A stretch of 63,792 nt of DNA, filler included, from Octopus bimaculoides (Eukaryota): NCBI RefSeq assembly GCF_001194135.2. It is 6 parts of 5 records of this genome, joined end to end, with 100 filler letters (N's around TTAATTAATTAA, not from the genome) between each part and the next. Parts side by side here need not be neighbours in the genome. Positions count along the whole stretch, not along the records: positions 16,891 to 43,287 come from NC_068992.1; positions 43,388 to 54,921 come from NC_068986.1; 4 more parts are not named here. One strand, given 5' to 3'. This document shows positions 38,421 to 52,185 of this stretch, in pieces. Under the pieces are notes generated by a model. It saw only the letters and a program-made list of their open reading frames with translations. It was not told where the DNA came from and made no database searches. The position numbers and the translations under genes are program-made. How positions within the stretch are numbered: position 1 is the stretch's first letter; every line of letters starts with the position of its first letter.

Positions 38421-39063
38421 TTTACGCGCACACACTTACACACACACATAGGGAGAAAGAAAAAGAAATAGAGAGAGGGAGAAGGTGAAGGAAAGAGACA
38501 CAGACTCACACATAAAATCGATACCGTACGTGAAATACATATAAATACAGGTGAGTGGGGGGAGGGGGCAGAGAAAAAACTTATCATCCAAACGTTATTA
38601 TCAATACATTGGAATGTAGATTTGTAAATCTAATAACATAACCTTTCAATGAACTTGTATTATGCCTTTAATTTATACAACGATTTCCATCGAACAATTG
38701 CTGTTGACCGCTAGATAACCGGCCAGCAATAGATTCGTTGGCTAGTAGTTTGTAGCTGCAGACATGCATAATGAAAATATCAGATGTAGCTGGGGAAAAG
38801 GAAAAATCTACCATATTGAATGAGAAGAATCAGGGGGGGAAAAAATCAATATTATCCGCTTTCCTATTCACCATGAATGCATTTCTTTATATTGTGGTCG
38901 TTTTCTCCTGGTTAGGATCATGACGTGGTTGGTTAAATAAAACTAGTAGTGTACATAAGATTATTCAATCGACGTTAAGTCTATTAGAAGATTCGTTCCT
39001 TTCTCAGATATGGTTTTGTAAAATTGCGTGCAGTTGCCCAGTTGCTATTGTAGNNNNNNNNNN

Positions 39064-39194
39064 GCTTCTTTCAGTTTCTGTCTACCAAATCCACTCACAA
39101 GGCCTTGGTCAACTCGAGGTTATATTAGTAGACACATGCGCAAGGTAGCACGCTATGGGACAGAACCCGGAAATATGCGATTGGTAAGCGAGCT
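39064..39194 (-). mobile_element. SINE family 1, 5' half
   Basis: gcttctttcagtttctgtctaccaaatccactcacaaggc is the reverse complement of 5440-5482. Confidence 0.75.
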
Positions 39195-39490
39195 ACTTTG
39201 ATACTTTGATAGACTTCGGGCAGTAGTGGCCCAGGCTATGTCTAACTTAATAGCACCACTTGGTAAAGTCATTCAAATCAGGAATCGGACAATATGGTCG
39301 ACTTAAGTGGAGAGTCATTGTTTACGGTGATATATCCGGGAATTCTTGAAGGATTTTGTCTCAAGACTTCTTGAATTTTATGGGGTCTGACTCTGATTTA
39401 ATATGTTTTGGTGTAATGTTAAAGAGAGCGGGGCCAGTTGAGGTGAAATAATTGTGCGTATTGTTGTTTTTGCGATGCATGAATTTTTTC
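39195..39490 (-). mobile_element. CR1/L2-like LINE 3' end with (atcaaagt)n tail
   Basis: Minus translation [40 protein letters not shown] resembles a LINE C-terminus; the tail is tandemly repeated. Confidence 0.65.
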
Positions 39491-39555
39491 AAGGAGATGC
39501 CAGCATAATGTATGATATATATATAGAGAGATAGATAGATAGATAGATAGATAGA

Positions 39556-39586
<31 letters not shown>

Positions 39587-39629
39587 GCATTATATATGTA
39601 CACGTATATATGCACATACATATATATGT

Positions 39630-39990
<361 letters not shown>

Positions 39991-40329
39991 TCAACAAACC
40001 AAACGGAAACAAACGCGGTGGGCTGTCAGACCAGATGAGGTAAGGTAGCGAATGCTGGAGGAATATTGTCTTTGACAAGAGAAAAGATAAGAAAAGATAA
40101 CAGAGAAAACAGATAAGAATGAGTTTGGTCTGTACGATAGACGGAAAGAAAAGAAAGATGATCACACGAGGAAAAGAAAGAAGGACGATCCTCACGTGTG
40201 AGTAACGAGAGTGAGTAAAAGAGGAAGAGGGAGTGAACGAGAGAGGGGGAGAGAGACAGACAGACAGACAGACATACAGACAGAAATTTATTGCGGCACT
40301 GCAGCCACTCCCTGTAGGCCTCACTGTAG

Positions 40330-40900
40330 TTTTCTAAAGTCAACGCTTGTCACAGTTTCCTTCATATTCTCCTTCGGCGTAGGGAACAACCAAAAAACTC
40401 ACAGGGAGCAAGGTTTGCACTCCAGAGAGGGTGAGGGATAGTTTTGATGCTCATTTCTGTGAAGTTGTTGGTTACCAGTCGAGAATTGTGGAGTGGTGCA
40501 GGAGCTACGGCCTCTTTCTGAACTCTCTCAAAACCTACACAAATTACTGTCTGTTGAACGTCTAATCAGAGAGAACCCAATTGATGTAGATGATGCTCTT
40601 GCTGTCGAAAAATAGCGTCTTCATGAGCCTCCCTGTTGATTTCTTTACATCTGATAAAAACCACATGTTCGGCTTATGTATATGAATCCGTTGGCATCTG
40701 GAGCATTTCATTAGTTTTGTTGGTGATTTTGCCCAATTTAACACAACGCTTTATTGCATCACGAGCTTCCAAATTGTCTTCCCGACCCGACTGCATTCGG
40801 CAAAAGAGTGAGCAGTGGTAAGAAGGGTTTAACAGGGTGCGTTCAAAGTGGTGTTAAAGTCATCTCCTTTAATCTAGAATATCAGAAGCTGGTCAATCAG
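40330..40900 (-). mobile_element. Old mariner transposase remnant
   Basis: KSTGRLMKTLFFDSKSIIYINWV (cf. SAGKVM..VFWD..G...ID) and IPHPLWSANLAPCEF.WLFP (cf. HPPYSPDLAP.DF.LF). Confidence 0.7.
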
Positions 40901-41764
40901 ATTATTATATGTCTAGTAATGATATATTTAAGTTACAATAATCTAGGACAGTTATAACCACTTCTTCTAAAAAACAATTTTAAACCTCGGGAATGCATCG
41001 CGTATGCACACACAAACACACATAAAAGAATACACACACACACGCACACACACACACACACACAAACACACGTACACATGTACATACATACATAATTTCA
41101 GACATGCGTACACGCGTACGTACGTACATACATAGGTAATCGCAATTAGCGTCGGCAGGATTTCAGCTTAACGCTGAAATTGCAACTGTCATAAAACATT
41201 TCGTCTGGCTATTTATAGATACCATAATCAGATTGTGTTTTTGTACATGAATATTATATGGCTTTACACAACATCCAAAGCCAATTATTGTAAATGCATT
41301 AGCTTAAACTCGGTTCACTGACGCAAGTGAGGGCGCAAATGACTGATTCGCTAATGCAATTAGATGCAAAGCAATATTTCAAATGTCCCTGTCGTGTAAG
41401 CAGTGTTACACGATAAGGTACTTAACTCTGGGAAACTCTTTCTCTCACTCTCTCCCCATATCCCCTTTGCCTCTCTCTCTCTCTTTCTCTCACTTTCTCT
41501 TTGCCCCTCTCTCTATCTATATATCTATCTATCTATCAGTGACTTTATTTCTCTGACACAATACTGCATTGTTTTCTCAGATTTCAGCGTTAAGTTGAAT
41601 TCAGATGAAACATTCTGCGATAGGCTAATTTTCTCTGCTGCGATATATTTACCGTACAGATTAATACGATGGAAACTATAGATAAACAACAATCCTATGG
41701 ATTCTCGTGAGTTGATAAAGAGTTAGTGATTTGAATACATATTCATTATTTATTGGTGTATAAA

Positions 41765-41965
41765 GCAGCGAGCAAATAGATTCGTTAGCAAACCAGACAA
41801 AATGGCTTAGCGCCATTTTGTCCGTCTTTACGTTATGAGTTCAAATACCACTAACGTTGACTTTAACTTTCAACTTTCCGGAAGTCATTAAAATAAGTAC
41901 CAGTCGATGGCATTGACTTACCCCTTCTCCTAAATTTGCTGGCCATGTGCCACAATTTGCCAGCA
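41765..41965 (+). mobile_element. SINE family 2
   Basis: Collinear with the reverse complement of 31511-31724. Confidence 0.75.
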
Positions 41966-42000
41966 ATATTTAATGTGCTTATTTTCTCCATTTTAATCCT

Positions 42001-42241
42001 CTTTTATCTTTTAATTTTATATCTTTCAGTCATTAGATCGCGGCCATTCTGGAGCACCGCTTTGAAGAATTTTTAGTCGAGAGAATCGGTCGCAGTACTT
42101 TCTTTTTAAAGCTCGGTACTTATTCTATCGGTCTCCTTCGCTAGTTACGAGAGATGTGGGGACATAAACACACACATATACAAACATACACACAAACACA
42201 CAAACACACACACACACACACACACATAGACACAGACACAG

Positions 42242-42316
<75 letters not shown>

Positions 42317-42480
42317 TATATACGACAGGCTTCTTTCAATTTCCGTCTACTAAATCCACGCGAGAGGCTTTGGTCAGCCCGAAGATATAGAAGACACTTG
42401 TCTATGATGCCAAGGAGTGAGACAACCCAGAAACATGTGATTACGAAGAAAGCGTCTTGCTATGCAGCCACACCTACGTC
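42001..42480 (-). mobile_element. Full-length SINE family 1, diverged
   Basis: Reverse complement collinear with 5323-5910, including the internal (CA)/(TA) tract. Confidence 0.82.
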
Positions 42481-43287
42481 TATTACATCAAAATGAAATA
42501 TGTATACAATGCAACTTAGATTTAGTAAAGTAACACATTCATAGTACTTTGAAATTATTTCGATGGAACTGTAGCAATCAATTAAAATACTATTGAACAA
42601 AATCTCTTCAATTTTCATTTGACAACTGGTCGTGATTATTATGGAGACAACTAGCTACGGCTTCAGATTCCATATCTTTTGTTGGTTTCTCACGCTTTGA
42701 CATATAGATAAGCACAGGCAGACGACACATAACCTTTATATAAATTTCTAACTTTATGTTAAGTAACAGCCAACCTCGTGGCTATGTAAGAAAACTACAA
42801 CAGATTACGTAGGTGATGCTTACTGCTCTCTTATACTGATTATTTACAGCAACATTGAATAAAATTTTGACAATGAAATGTCCTGAAATGATGGAAATGG
42901 GACTCGAACAATTAGATTCTATAACTGATTTTCTGATATCCTGTGAACAATTTCGTCTCCAACTGTCATATTACAATATGTTAGTAGTTGTCATGAAGGT
43001 AACGATGATGTAAACAGATGTATGATGAAATAAGTCGTAACTTTTTCACATATTTATAGTAATAAATCATTTCAAAATGAATGTCGTTTCTTAACTTCGG
43101 CGTTTTCTACGTTAAACGGATAACAGGTGAATGTTTCTTCTGATAAGAATGTAGTAATGTAGGTTTACATGTTGTTACGCCTATTTCACACAGCTTTATA
43201 AATGGATGCACATAGAAAAAAAAGAACCATTCCTACAAATATACACATTTATGTGTGTATGTATGGATATATATATATATATATATA

Positions 43288-43387
43288 NNNNNNNNNNNNN
43301 NNNNNNNNNNNNNNNNNNNNNNNNNNNNNNNTTAATTAATTAANNNNNNNNNNNNNNNNNNNNNNNNNNNNNNNNNNNNNNNNNNNN
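43288..43387. other. Artificial scaffold spacer 44N-TTAATTAATTAA-44N
   Basis: Direct reading. Confidence 0.95.
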
Positions 43388-43863
43388 ATATATGCATATT
43401 TTATATATATTTTCTTATCCCTTGTTTTATCACTTCAATCATTGTATTTCTCTACTGAAGTATTTGATCGAAAAACACATGGTGAAATGAGCGGATTGAT
43501 TGGCTTCGTGTATATGTGTGTGAATATATGTGTTTGTGTATGCATATCTATGTATATGTGCATGTAAGTATATATGTTCACGTATATGTACTAATTATGG
43601 TGAATCTCACTGAAGAGGGTTGAGTGTTTACTACAGAGCCTGAAATCACTCGATAAAGGTTATCTATTTAACAGTTAAATGTGGGCTATCATTTTGCTCG
43701 TTTCCTTGCATTCACCTTGTGCAATAGAGTGAAATATGTAGTTTAGAGTCTTTTTGACATCTATTTCTAGCATGTTGGTACTTTTTCCAAGTATTCTTCC
43801 TTATGATTAATTATTTCATATATAATAATAAATCTCTCTCTCTCTCTCTCTTTTTCCCGGTAT

Positions 43864-43928
<65 letters not shown>

Positions 43929-44542
43929 AATATATATTTATATATATACCGATGCGTTTTGTATATCAACATCGACAATACACAATGGCCAAATAGATTT
44001 GTTTCCCTTCTGTATCTATGTTTCTAATTATATCTTATTGCACGTATATAATACGAAAATAGTCAATAGGTAAACTTATTTTCACTTGATAATGTTCAGC
44101 GACCTATAAGAAAGCAAGACAAAACAATTCTCGTTACAAAAGAAGCAGGGAACAAGGAAGTTCAAACAAACTTTCAAACAAGCAAAACAAAAAAATAAAG
44201 AAATAAAACCTTTTAACATAAGAAAAAAATAGGTGAAAGAAAACGAATGATAGATATCAATTGTAAGTCTATTTGAGAAATGTACCATAGTTGGAGGAAA
44301 TCGGCAAGGAAAATTCTTTGAAACAGAAATTTAATTATAGCTGTAGACACACGCAGAGACAGACACATTCTTTCACTGTTAAGTGACATCAAGATCGATC
44401 TTGAGCTATTGGGATATTTACCCAAGAAATATCCCTGCAAACTTCGGTACCGTATGATAACTGCCACTGAAGGATACAATGCACTTTAATAGCTTTTCAT
44501 TATACACAAATAATACATACATATACACGCGCACACACACAC

Positions 44543-44581
<39 letters not shown>

Positions 44582-45519
44582 NNNNNNNNNNNNNNNNNNN
44601 NNNNNNNNNNNNNNNNNNNNNNNNNNNNNNNNNNNNNNNNNNNNNNNNNNNNNNNNNNNNNNNNNNNNNNNNNNNNNNNNNTTCATGCGACTCCATTTAT
44701 TTAAGCAATGTGAGCATTACATTAAATTTAAAATGCAGAGCAATCTTCAGCTGCACAAAGATATAGAAATATACTGAAATTTCATTTCAACAGGAGGACA
44801 TATTATTGTAACTACATTTAAACACGCCAAGTGGAAAGGAAGAATACAAAAAAACCATTTCCAATCAGATTTTAACTGATTTTATTTGTCTTTTGTTTTT
44901 TGTTTTTGTTTCATCTTATCAGACCCAGTGATTCAAACTTAAGAGAGTACCAGCCCTTTCCTTATAAGGAAAGGGAAGGGGTAAACAATATACATGGATA
45001 TGGTTATAAAGATTCTTCTGGTTTTAGTGACACGATATTATAGGTTGGAGTGTTTTCATTACTAGCATACCAGTTTGTGATGTAGCAGGGAAAATTTAAC
45101 ATAAGGTAGCTGGGTCAAAAACAAATAAAATAAAGTTACTATATATGTACACATACAGTATGTGTTTATTTAGAGTTTTTATTAAACAGAATAATATATC
45201 AGTATTGTTTTACGTATACTAAGTATGGAAACTTTGAGATACCAATATTTACTTTATTAATATGTGAATAAATAAAAGCTAATTATAAATTAATAAATTA
45301 ATTAATTATGAAATAAGAAATAAAAAGAAATATTGGATAGTAATGTAACTAATCAATACATTCAGTACGCAAAAACCATGAAATAGTATTAATTAAAAAA
45401 GCTTTAGTAAAGTATATTTAGACTTATTTACACCAATATAAAGATCCATACATAAGATGTGAAATTAAAATTTTTTTATATATATTGGACTAAAAATTAT
45501 TTTAAATTATTTTAAAATT

Positions 45520-45870
45520 AAAATTAAAACTAATATATCTAATATTATTTAAAAGACACATAAGAGATAAAATTTATTTTATAACTACTATAAAGAATTG
45601 ATACATAGGATTTACATGATTTATAATGATGGACTCATTAAGGTTTAAGAAACTGGTAAAATGAATGATTGGAATTAACACAGAATATAATGGTGAAAAT
45701 TAAAACTTATACATCTAATATCATATTTAAAGGACACATAAGATATAAAATTTATTTTATAACTAATGTAAAGAATTGATACATAGGACTTACATGGTTT
45801 ATAATGATGGACTCATCAAGGTTTAAGAAACTGGTAAAGTGAATTATTGGAATTAACAAAGAATACAATA
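45520..45870. repeat. Tandem duplication, ~178-bp period, two copies
   Basis: tttaaaagacacataag (45548) recurs as tttaaaggacacataag (45726), with high identity across the unit. Confidence 0.9.
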
Positions 45871-46359
45871 GCAGTCCAAACAATTAATAGAGAACATGAT
45901 AATTATGTACTAGTTTAATTAGACCACACTATCTTAAATAATCAGGAACTTGTGTTACCTAACATGGGCCAAGTACAAAATAATAATGGAACAAGGATTA
46001 GATTTATTTAAGTCACCCATAGAATAACAGTAATAATACTACCACAAACCATGGAACAATGGAATAATATGGATCCTTTAGGGTCAGGCATTAAATAAAA
46101 TTTAAAAGGTTTGAAAACTAATTAAAAACTATTAAGAACTTTCAAAACATCCTATTCTTTTAAGTTAAATAAAGTAAAATAAGTAAGATACATAGTAAAA
46201 CTAACAGCAATAGCAAAAGTGATGTGAAAAAAGTAAAACCATATATAAGTTGAAATTTTAGTTATCACAGGAAGATTATACATTAAGGTGAGAGATCAAA
46301 AATATGTTATAAAAGTTCAATTTCGATTTAAATATGTGCTAATTAATAGCCTAAGTTAA

Positions 46360-47273
46360 ACATGGTAGATGTTAAAATACCACATTATTCAAGTTTGCTA
46401 CTTTTTAAAATATTTAAAAGTGCGAGTAGAACAGTGTACACACAATACTCTGTTATTAATCAGGTTAGAATTGTTTCTAAGTTTAGAAATTTCATATTTC
46501 CATGGAACATAATTCACATCCATATCTGCTATTTCTATAAGGTTGGGCTTTTTCTTATACTTTCTCATTTAAGGCTAAAACTAGTACCACTTTGCTTTAA
46601 TTCCCAAATTTTTTTCGATAACGACATACTATTTGCCTTATGTTTTAGTCTAGAAGATGACAAGTGATTATATATGCACTGTTTAATTAATCGTACATCC
46701 CAAGTAAATACAATTATCAGTTTATAGTACTTATTGTGCATTTATATACTACGTTACGGGTGAGACATCTGCCTAATAACGGACAACGGGACTTATTTCT
46801 ACAATTGCAACTAGTGGAACTATCAACAACACCTATAATATTACTAAGATTTAAAATATTGTTGTTACAATTATTCACATTGATATCATTTCCCCTATTA
46901 TTAATTCTGTTATTAGGTTTATTGTGATCACTTCTATTACTATATAACTCCATTTCCAACGTGCTATCAGATAGAATCATTCCGGCAGCATCAGGCATAC
47001 TAATATTATCTATTTCCATATATGAACTAGATCCATAATTCACATTATTATCATTAGAGTTGAAACCACCATTTACTTCAGTTGTACTTTCAACATCAAT
47101 ACCACTATATTCGTTATGTTGTTTAAAGTTATGGTTGACAGGACTAAGTACATTGCTGTGACCTTGATAATTGCTATTGTCATTGATATTTCCACTTGCA
47201 TTTCTATAATTATTAGTAATATCATTATTGACATTGGTTAAATTATTATTTATATTCCTATAACTATTTCCAC
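46360..47273 (-). mobile_element. Penelope-like element remnant: Asn-rich linker plus GIY-YIG endonuclease, degenerate
   Basis: CNCRNKSRCPLLGRCLTRNVVYKCTI, followed (frameshifted) by ..YLGC..IYNHLSS..SLSKKIWELK..; this is the typical PLE CNCR..CPL.G.CL and Y.G..NH..LS..IW.LK pattern. Confidence 0.8.
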
Positions 47274-47297
47274 CATATATATATATATATATATATA

Positions 47298-47428
47298 TGG
47301 GAGAATATACAAAAAATAACAACAGACGAGGACAGGTGGTGTAAATAACAAAAGTATATATTAGTATGACGCTCGGGAATACGGAAAGTCTTTGACGTTT
47401 CGAGCTACGCTCTTCAACAGAAAGAATA
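47298..47428 (-). mobile_element. Penelope-type terminal fragment between two (TA)n tracts
   Basis: Homologous to 23030-23155 and 62300-62380 (cacctgtcctcgtc..ttttgt..ttctccc-(TA)n). Confidence 0.7.
47389..47425 (-). ncRNA. Minimal hammerhead-like ribozyme, U6 variant, otherwise intact
   Basis: UCUUU-CUGUUGA-A-GAGC-GUA-GCUC-GAAAC-GUC-AAAGA: perfect stems I and II, loopless palindromic ACGU stem III. Confidence 0.7.
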
Positions 47429-47746
47429 TATATATATNNNNNNNNNNNNNNNNNNNNNNNNNNNNNNNNNNNNNNNNNNNNNNNNNNNNNNNNNNNNNNN
47501 NNNNNNNNNNNNNNNNNNNNNNNNNNNNNNNNNNNNNNNNNNNNNNNNNNNNNNNNNNNNNNNNNNNNNNNNNNNNNNNNNNNNNNNNNNNNNNNNNNNN
47601 NNNNNNNNNNNNNNNNNNNNNNNNNNNNNNNNNNNNNNNNNNNNNNNNNNNNNNNNNNNNNNNNNNNNNNNNNNNNNNNNNNNNNNNNNNNNNNNNNNNN
47701 NNNNNNNNNNNNNNNNNNNNNNNNNNNNNNNTATATATATATAAGA

Positions 47747-48015
47747 GGCGCTATGGCCCAGTAGTTAGGGCACCGGAATCGCGGTTGGAGGATCGCAGTT
47801 TCGATTCCCAGACCGGGCGTTGTGTGTGTTTATTGAGCGAAAATACCTAAAGCTCCACGAGGATCCGGCAGGGGGTGGCGGCGAACCCTGTTGTACTCTT
47901 TCGCCCCAACTTTCTCTCACTCATTCTAGAGTAACCCTGCGACGGACTGGCGTCCGGTCTAGCTGGAGGGAACACATACGCTATAGAAACCGGGAAGCCG
48001 GGCCCATGAGCTAGG
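47747..48015 (+). mobile_element. tRNA-derived SINE (head A plus different tail Y)
   Basis: Matches the 17743->17570 head and body up to aactttctctcactc, then continues aaccctgcgacggactggcgtcc..tagaaaccggg. Confidence 0.8.
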
Positions 48016-49493
48016 TAACTGGAATATGTCAGAGGCACGTGTTTGAAAAATTGTAATTTGAATTTTCTTGCGTACAAATATAAGCAAAGTGTTCATTTTC
48101 TCCATCTCAATATGGCGTCTGGGTATCATATACTGCTTGGTCACATACAAGTCATAATTACTGTTGCGCTTTGGTTTGCTTGCAACTTTACTGTTTACTT
48201 TATTTGATTATATGCTTGTATCACCATCCTTTTGATACCAAATATATTTTAACAATAACGTGTTGCTGCACTTGTTCGTATTTCTCAAAGCATAACCATA
48301 GTGTAGATATTGGGCCTTGAATGAGATTGCAGTAATCCAGTAAGTCTTTATTTTAAATGCGAGATTAATAAATTACTCATGCGCCATATATACCCGCTGT
48401 TTCTAGACACATTTTTCATTATTGCAGTCAATTGAGCCAAATCGATTCAGAAATTATAATGGAGAAAACACCAAGTCATTTTCAACATATATTTTGTATC
48501 TCAATCACAGCGTAGTAGACAAGTCTACAATCAAATTGTGTTTAGTTGTAAAGGTGCAAGCTTAAATATTGCACGCTAGTAATTGCAAACTGTATGCAAC
48601 TGAGATGTTGATACAACTAAATCTAAATCACAGTCTTTTTAACACATTATCCTCCTGCATATATTCTAATTAAAATCCGGTGGAATACTTGAATCCTGGA
48701 TACACAATCATGAATGTCGGCACATGAAGCTAACATTTAACGTAAGATTTGAAAATGTTATTTCACTATATGAACAGGCATTGTATTTCGGCTTCCACTT
48801 TTTAACACTGGTTAAACATATGAAGAGTTCTCATGCGGAATAAGCTCATGCCAGCACTGCCGATTTAATCAACTACATGCAAACACATCATTTAACATAA
48901 CACATGATAAGGTGAATTGGATTAAATGAGGATGTCAGTCAACCTATTAAAATTATAAGTTGCACATCCAAGCAACAGTTGATTTCAGTTACATTCAAAG
49001 TACGCAGATATTCATGAGTTTATACACTTCATTCTCAAACCGCTGTCCGTGCAATGCGTGATCAGAAAACGGAATTACATCCACAAGATGCACAATGATA
49101 CAGAAAGCGCCGTCTCACAAATTATTTCAGTAACCTTGTAGTCCGATATTCCAGGTATTCAGGAAATTATACCATAAATATTTGGGTCCATAATAGAAAA
49201 GCGACTACGTTGAACTTTTAACTTTAAGCCTGAAGCTTGTGAATTACATTGCCACCCTTTGAACTAAATACTTCCCTTTGATTAATCTTAGCGCTAATTA
49301 TCCTATATTATGTAAGCTGCAGATCTTAATTATTTCATTTGTAAAATTTTAATTAACCCCTATTGTACTAACTATTTGAATTTACCACTTGCTTTGACCA
49401 TTTTCCTTTCAATTATTCCGTTTTGAATTGTTTCCCAATTTAAATACATGGAGACAGACAGACAAATAGATAAATAGACAGGAAGACAGACAA

Positions 49494-49563
<70 letters not shown>

Positions 49564-49917
49564 GCATTTAGGCTGAATAGTTAAACATTGCGACGCACAC
49601 TCACGATTACTGGGATTGATCTGAGCGTGTACCATGCTGTGCAAGTGACTTCTATTATAGTTCAAGCTTACTATTCTGTAGATGGAAATTGTTGAGGATT
49701 CTTCCTGAGATGAATTCTGAGTTTCTGAGTGTACACATACCTGTTGAATACTCAGCCACGTGTACGCTAATTTAAAGAGTAAACCATATAGAATATATAT
49801 ACATATATATATATATANNNNNNNNNNNNNNNNNNNNNNNNNNNNNNNNNNNNNNNNNNNNNNNNNNNNNNNNNNNNNNNNNNNNNNNNNNNNNNNNNNN
49901 NNNNNNNNNNNNNNNNN

Positions 49918-49999
<82 letters not shown>

Positions 50000-50149
50000 G
50001 AAGTAAATGTTAGAATAAGCAAGTTAAGCAGGTGAATATACAAAGTCTATTAAATACATGAAATACAAAAAATGCATGTATGTTTACATACAAAACGGTC
50101 TGAATTACGCAGAATAGAAACATCAAGAATATTTATGCATGTATGTATG

Positions 50150-50300
50150 TACTAGCAGCTAAGCCCGGTTTCGCCCGATCGGTTTGGATGATGTGGCTGT
50201 AAAACCTGCTCTGTGTAAGCATTCGACTTGTTTGGGCAGGCTTACGTTAAAAACAATTTTAGAATGACCTTTTTTCTGTCAAAACGCTAAAAATAACTGA
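50150..50300 (+). mobile_element. Possible Helitron-like 5' terminus
   Basis: tactagcagctaagcccggtttcgcccg resembles non-autonomous Helitron starts (from memory); no 3' end found. Confidence 0.4.
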
Positions 50301-51999
50301 CCAACGAAAAAAAAAAGCAACCAAGATTCAACCAAATCAAAAACTAAACCCAAATACTAAGCGAACAAAGATGAACCATCCCACTTCCATTGCACTTGCA
50401 CACGCACACAAACAAGCACCACACACACACACGCATTCACACAAACGCATTCACATACCCACCTTTTATATACATACACAGATATTCACACAGAGTTGAA
50501 ACGTTGTTTGATTTATTTTTTCAGTGTACACTACCAAGTATGACATCACCCCTTCCTTCCTTATTCATTTATCACCCCTTCCTTTCTCATTCATAAACAT
50601 AAGAGTATTACTATGGTAGATTATCTCGGTAACCATGGGAAATATGAAATTGATACAAAGCCCAGCATCCCCACCGGATCAGTCAATACATTTGTGTAAT
50701 TTTTCGCGCAATTCCACCCAGCCGTTTGATCGTGAATCCCAAGGCAAGAAAGAATCGCCCGCGTCAAATTTATATGTATAGATGTATGTATGATTAAGCA
50801 TAGTGCCGAGGGAAAATATCAAAGATTTTTCGAATTGCTATATTACATATGTGAAGCTTTTCTGTACATGTACTTCGCATGCCGAACGCTGCTCTGATTT
50901 ATTTTTAAGCTACACTATTGTGAATATGTATAACCGATGTCACTACGATCTGTCTGTTGTGGTATATGCGGATCACTTCTAAATCAAGTTAAGTACACAG
51001 AATATGGTGAGATCTTACGATATCAGAACATCCGTTGCATTTATTGGTGGGTGGTGCAGGCAAAATCCAATTCTAATAACACTGCCTATATTTAGCAAAA
51101 AATGGAGTTAAGTGATACTATTATATTTATTCGAATTGCCTAGTGTTCTATGACTTTAAGCACTTACAGAATGAGTTAATTTTCTAAATGCAAATATGCA
51201 CTCATTTTCTCCATCTTTTTCAACACACACGTATGTATATCATTATTCAGTTTTATTTCAGTATTTCTTGCCAATAGAGAAAGTGACGGTTTTTAACCTA
51301 GACCTAAGGCTTCTTCATTGGAATTTCAAACTCAACAACAAAGTATGCATGTATGTATGTATGTATGTATGTATGTTTGTATGTATGTATTTATGTAAGT
51401 ATAAGTGCAGATTTGTATGTTTTGTATGCATTTCGATAACAATTTGTGTGTGCATGTGGGAGTGTGTGTATTGATAACACCCGGCGATATATGAATTGCT
51501 TGTGGGCATTAATGTCGCTCAAACGTTAAAATTTCTTCCAGTTCGCTTAAGCCTTCAACGTCATCATTTATCTCCTCATAAGAGCGTAATATTTGAACTA
51601 CCATAAATCATTTACACGCAGCATTCTAAAGTTAAAGCTAGATCAGAGAATAAACTCAGTAAATGAGTCATGGATATTATAATAAATAACCTATTTGATT
51701 TTCAGAAAATACTGCAGAGAATAACTCTAGCTTTTTCTCCTAAACTCATGATAGACAAGCTTTTGAGCCATATTTCATTTGTGGTATGAGTCACATCAAT
51801 ATTCGTACGCAGTAAATCTCTGGCATTATAGACGTTATATTTGCGGTATATAATGTCTGTGGTATTATAGAGCATTATAGACTTTAAACGAAATCATACT
51901 GCTTTATAGATATGTGATCTTTCTCTCTTTTTTCTTCGATGAAATCAATATTAAACAATATTTAGAAATCATTTTATCTTTTATCGTTTATTTGTTTTT

Positions 52000-52185
52000 T
52001 ATCTGTTTCAGCAATTGGACTTCGGCAATGAAGGGTTTTACTTCAACGAATTGACATCATTACTCGGTTTTTAAGCCATGACACCTATTCTTTCGGTTCT
52101 TGGCCGAACTGCTAAGTTACGAAGATGTAAACAAGACATAACCCGTTCTAGAGCGGTGGTAGGGGACAAACACTAGAAAAAAAGA
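52000..52185 (-). mobile_element. SINE family 1, 3' half, diverged
   Basis: tgtttcagc..cttattctttcggttcttggccgaactgctaagttac matches the reverse complement of 5760-5900. Confidence 0.6.

Noticed and set aside
38606-38630. tggaatgta, a miR-1-like 5' end; also attgcacttg near 50390
   Set aside because: The match is limited to the seed region and there is no precursor hairpin.
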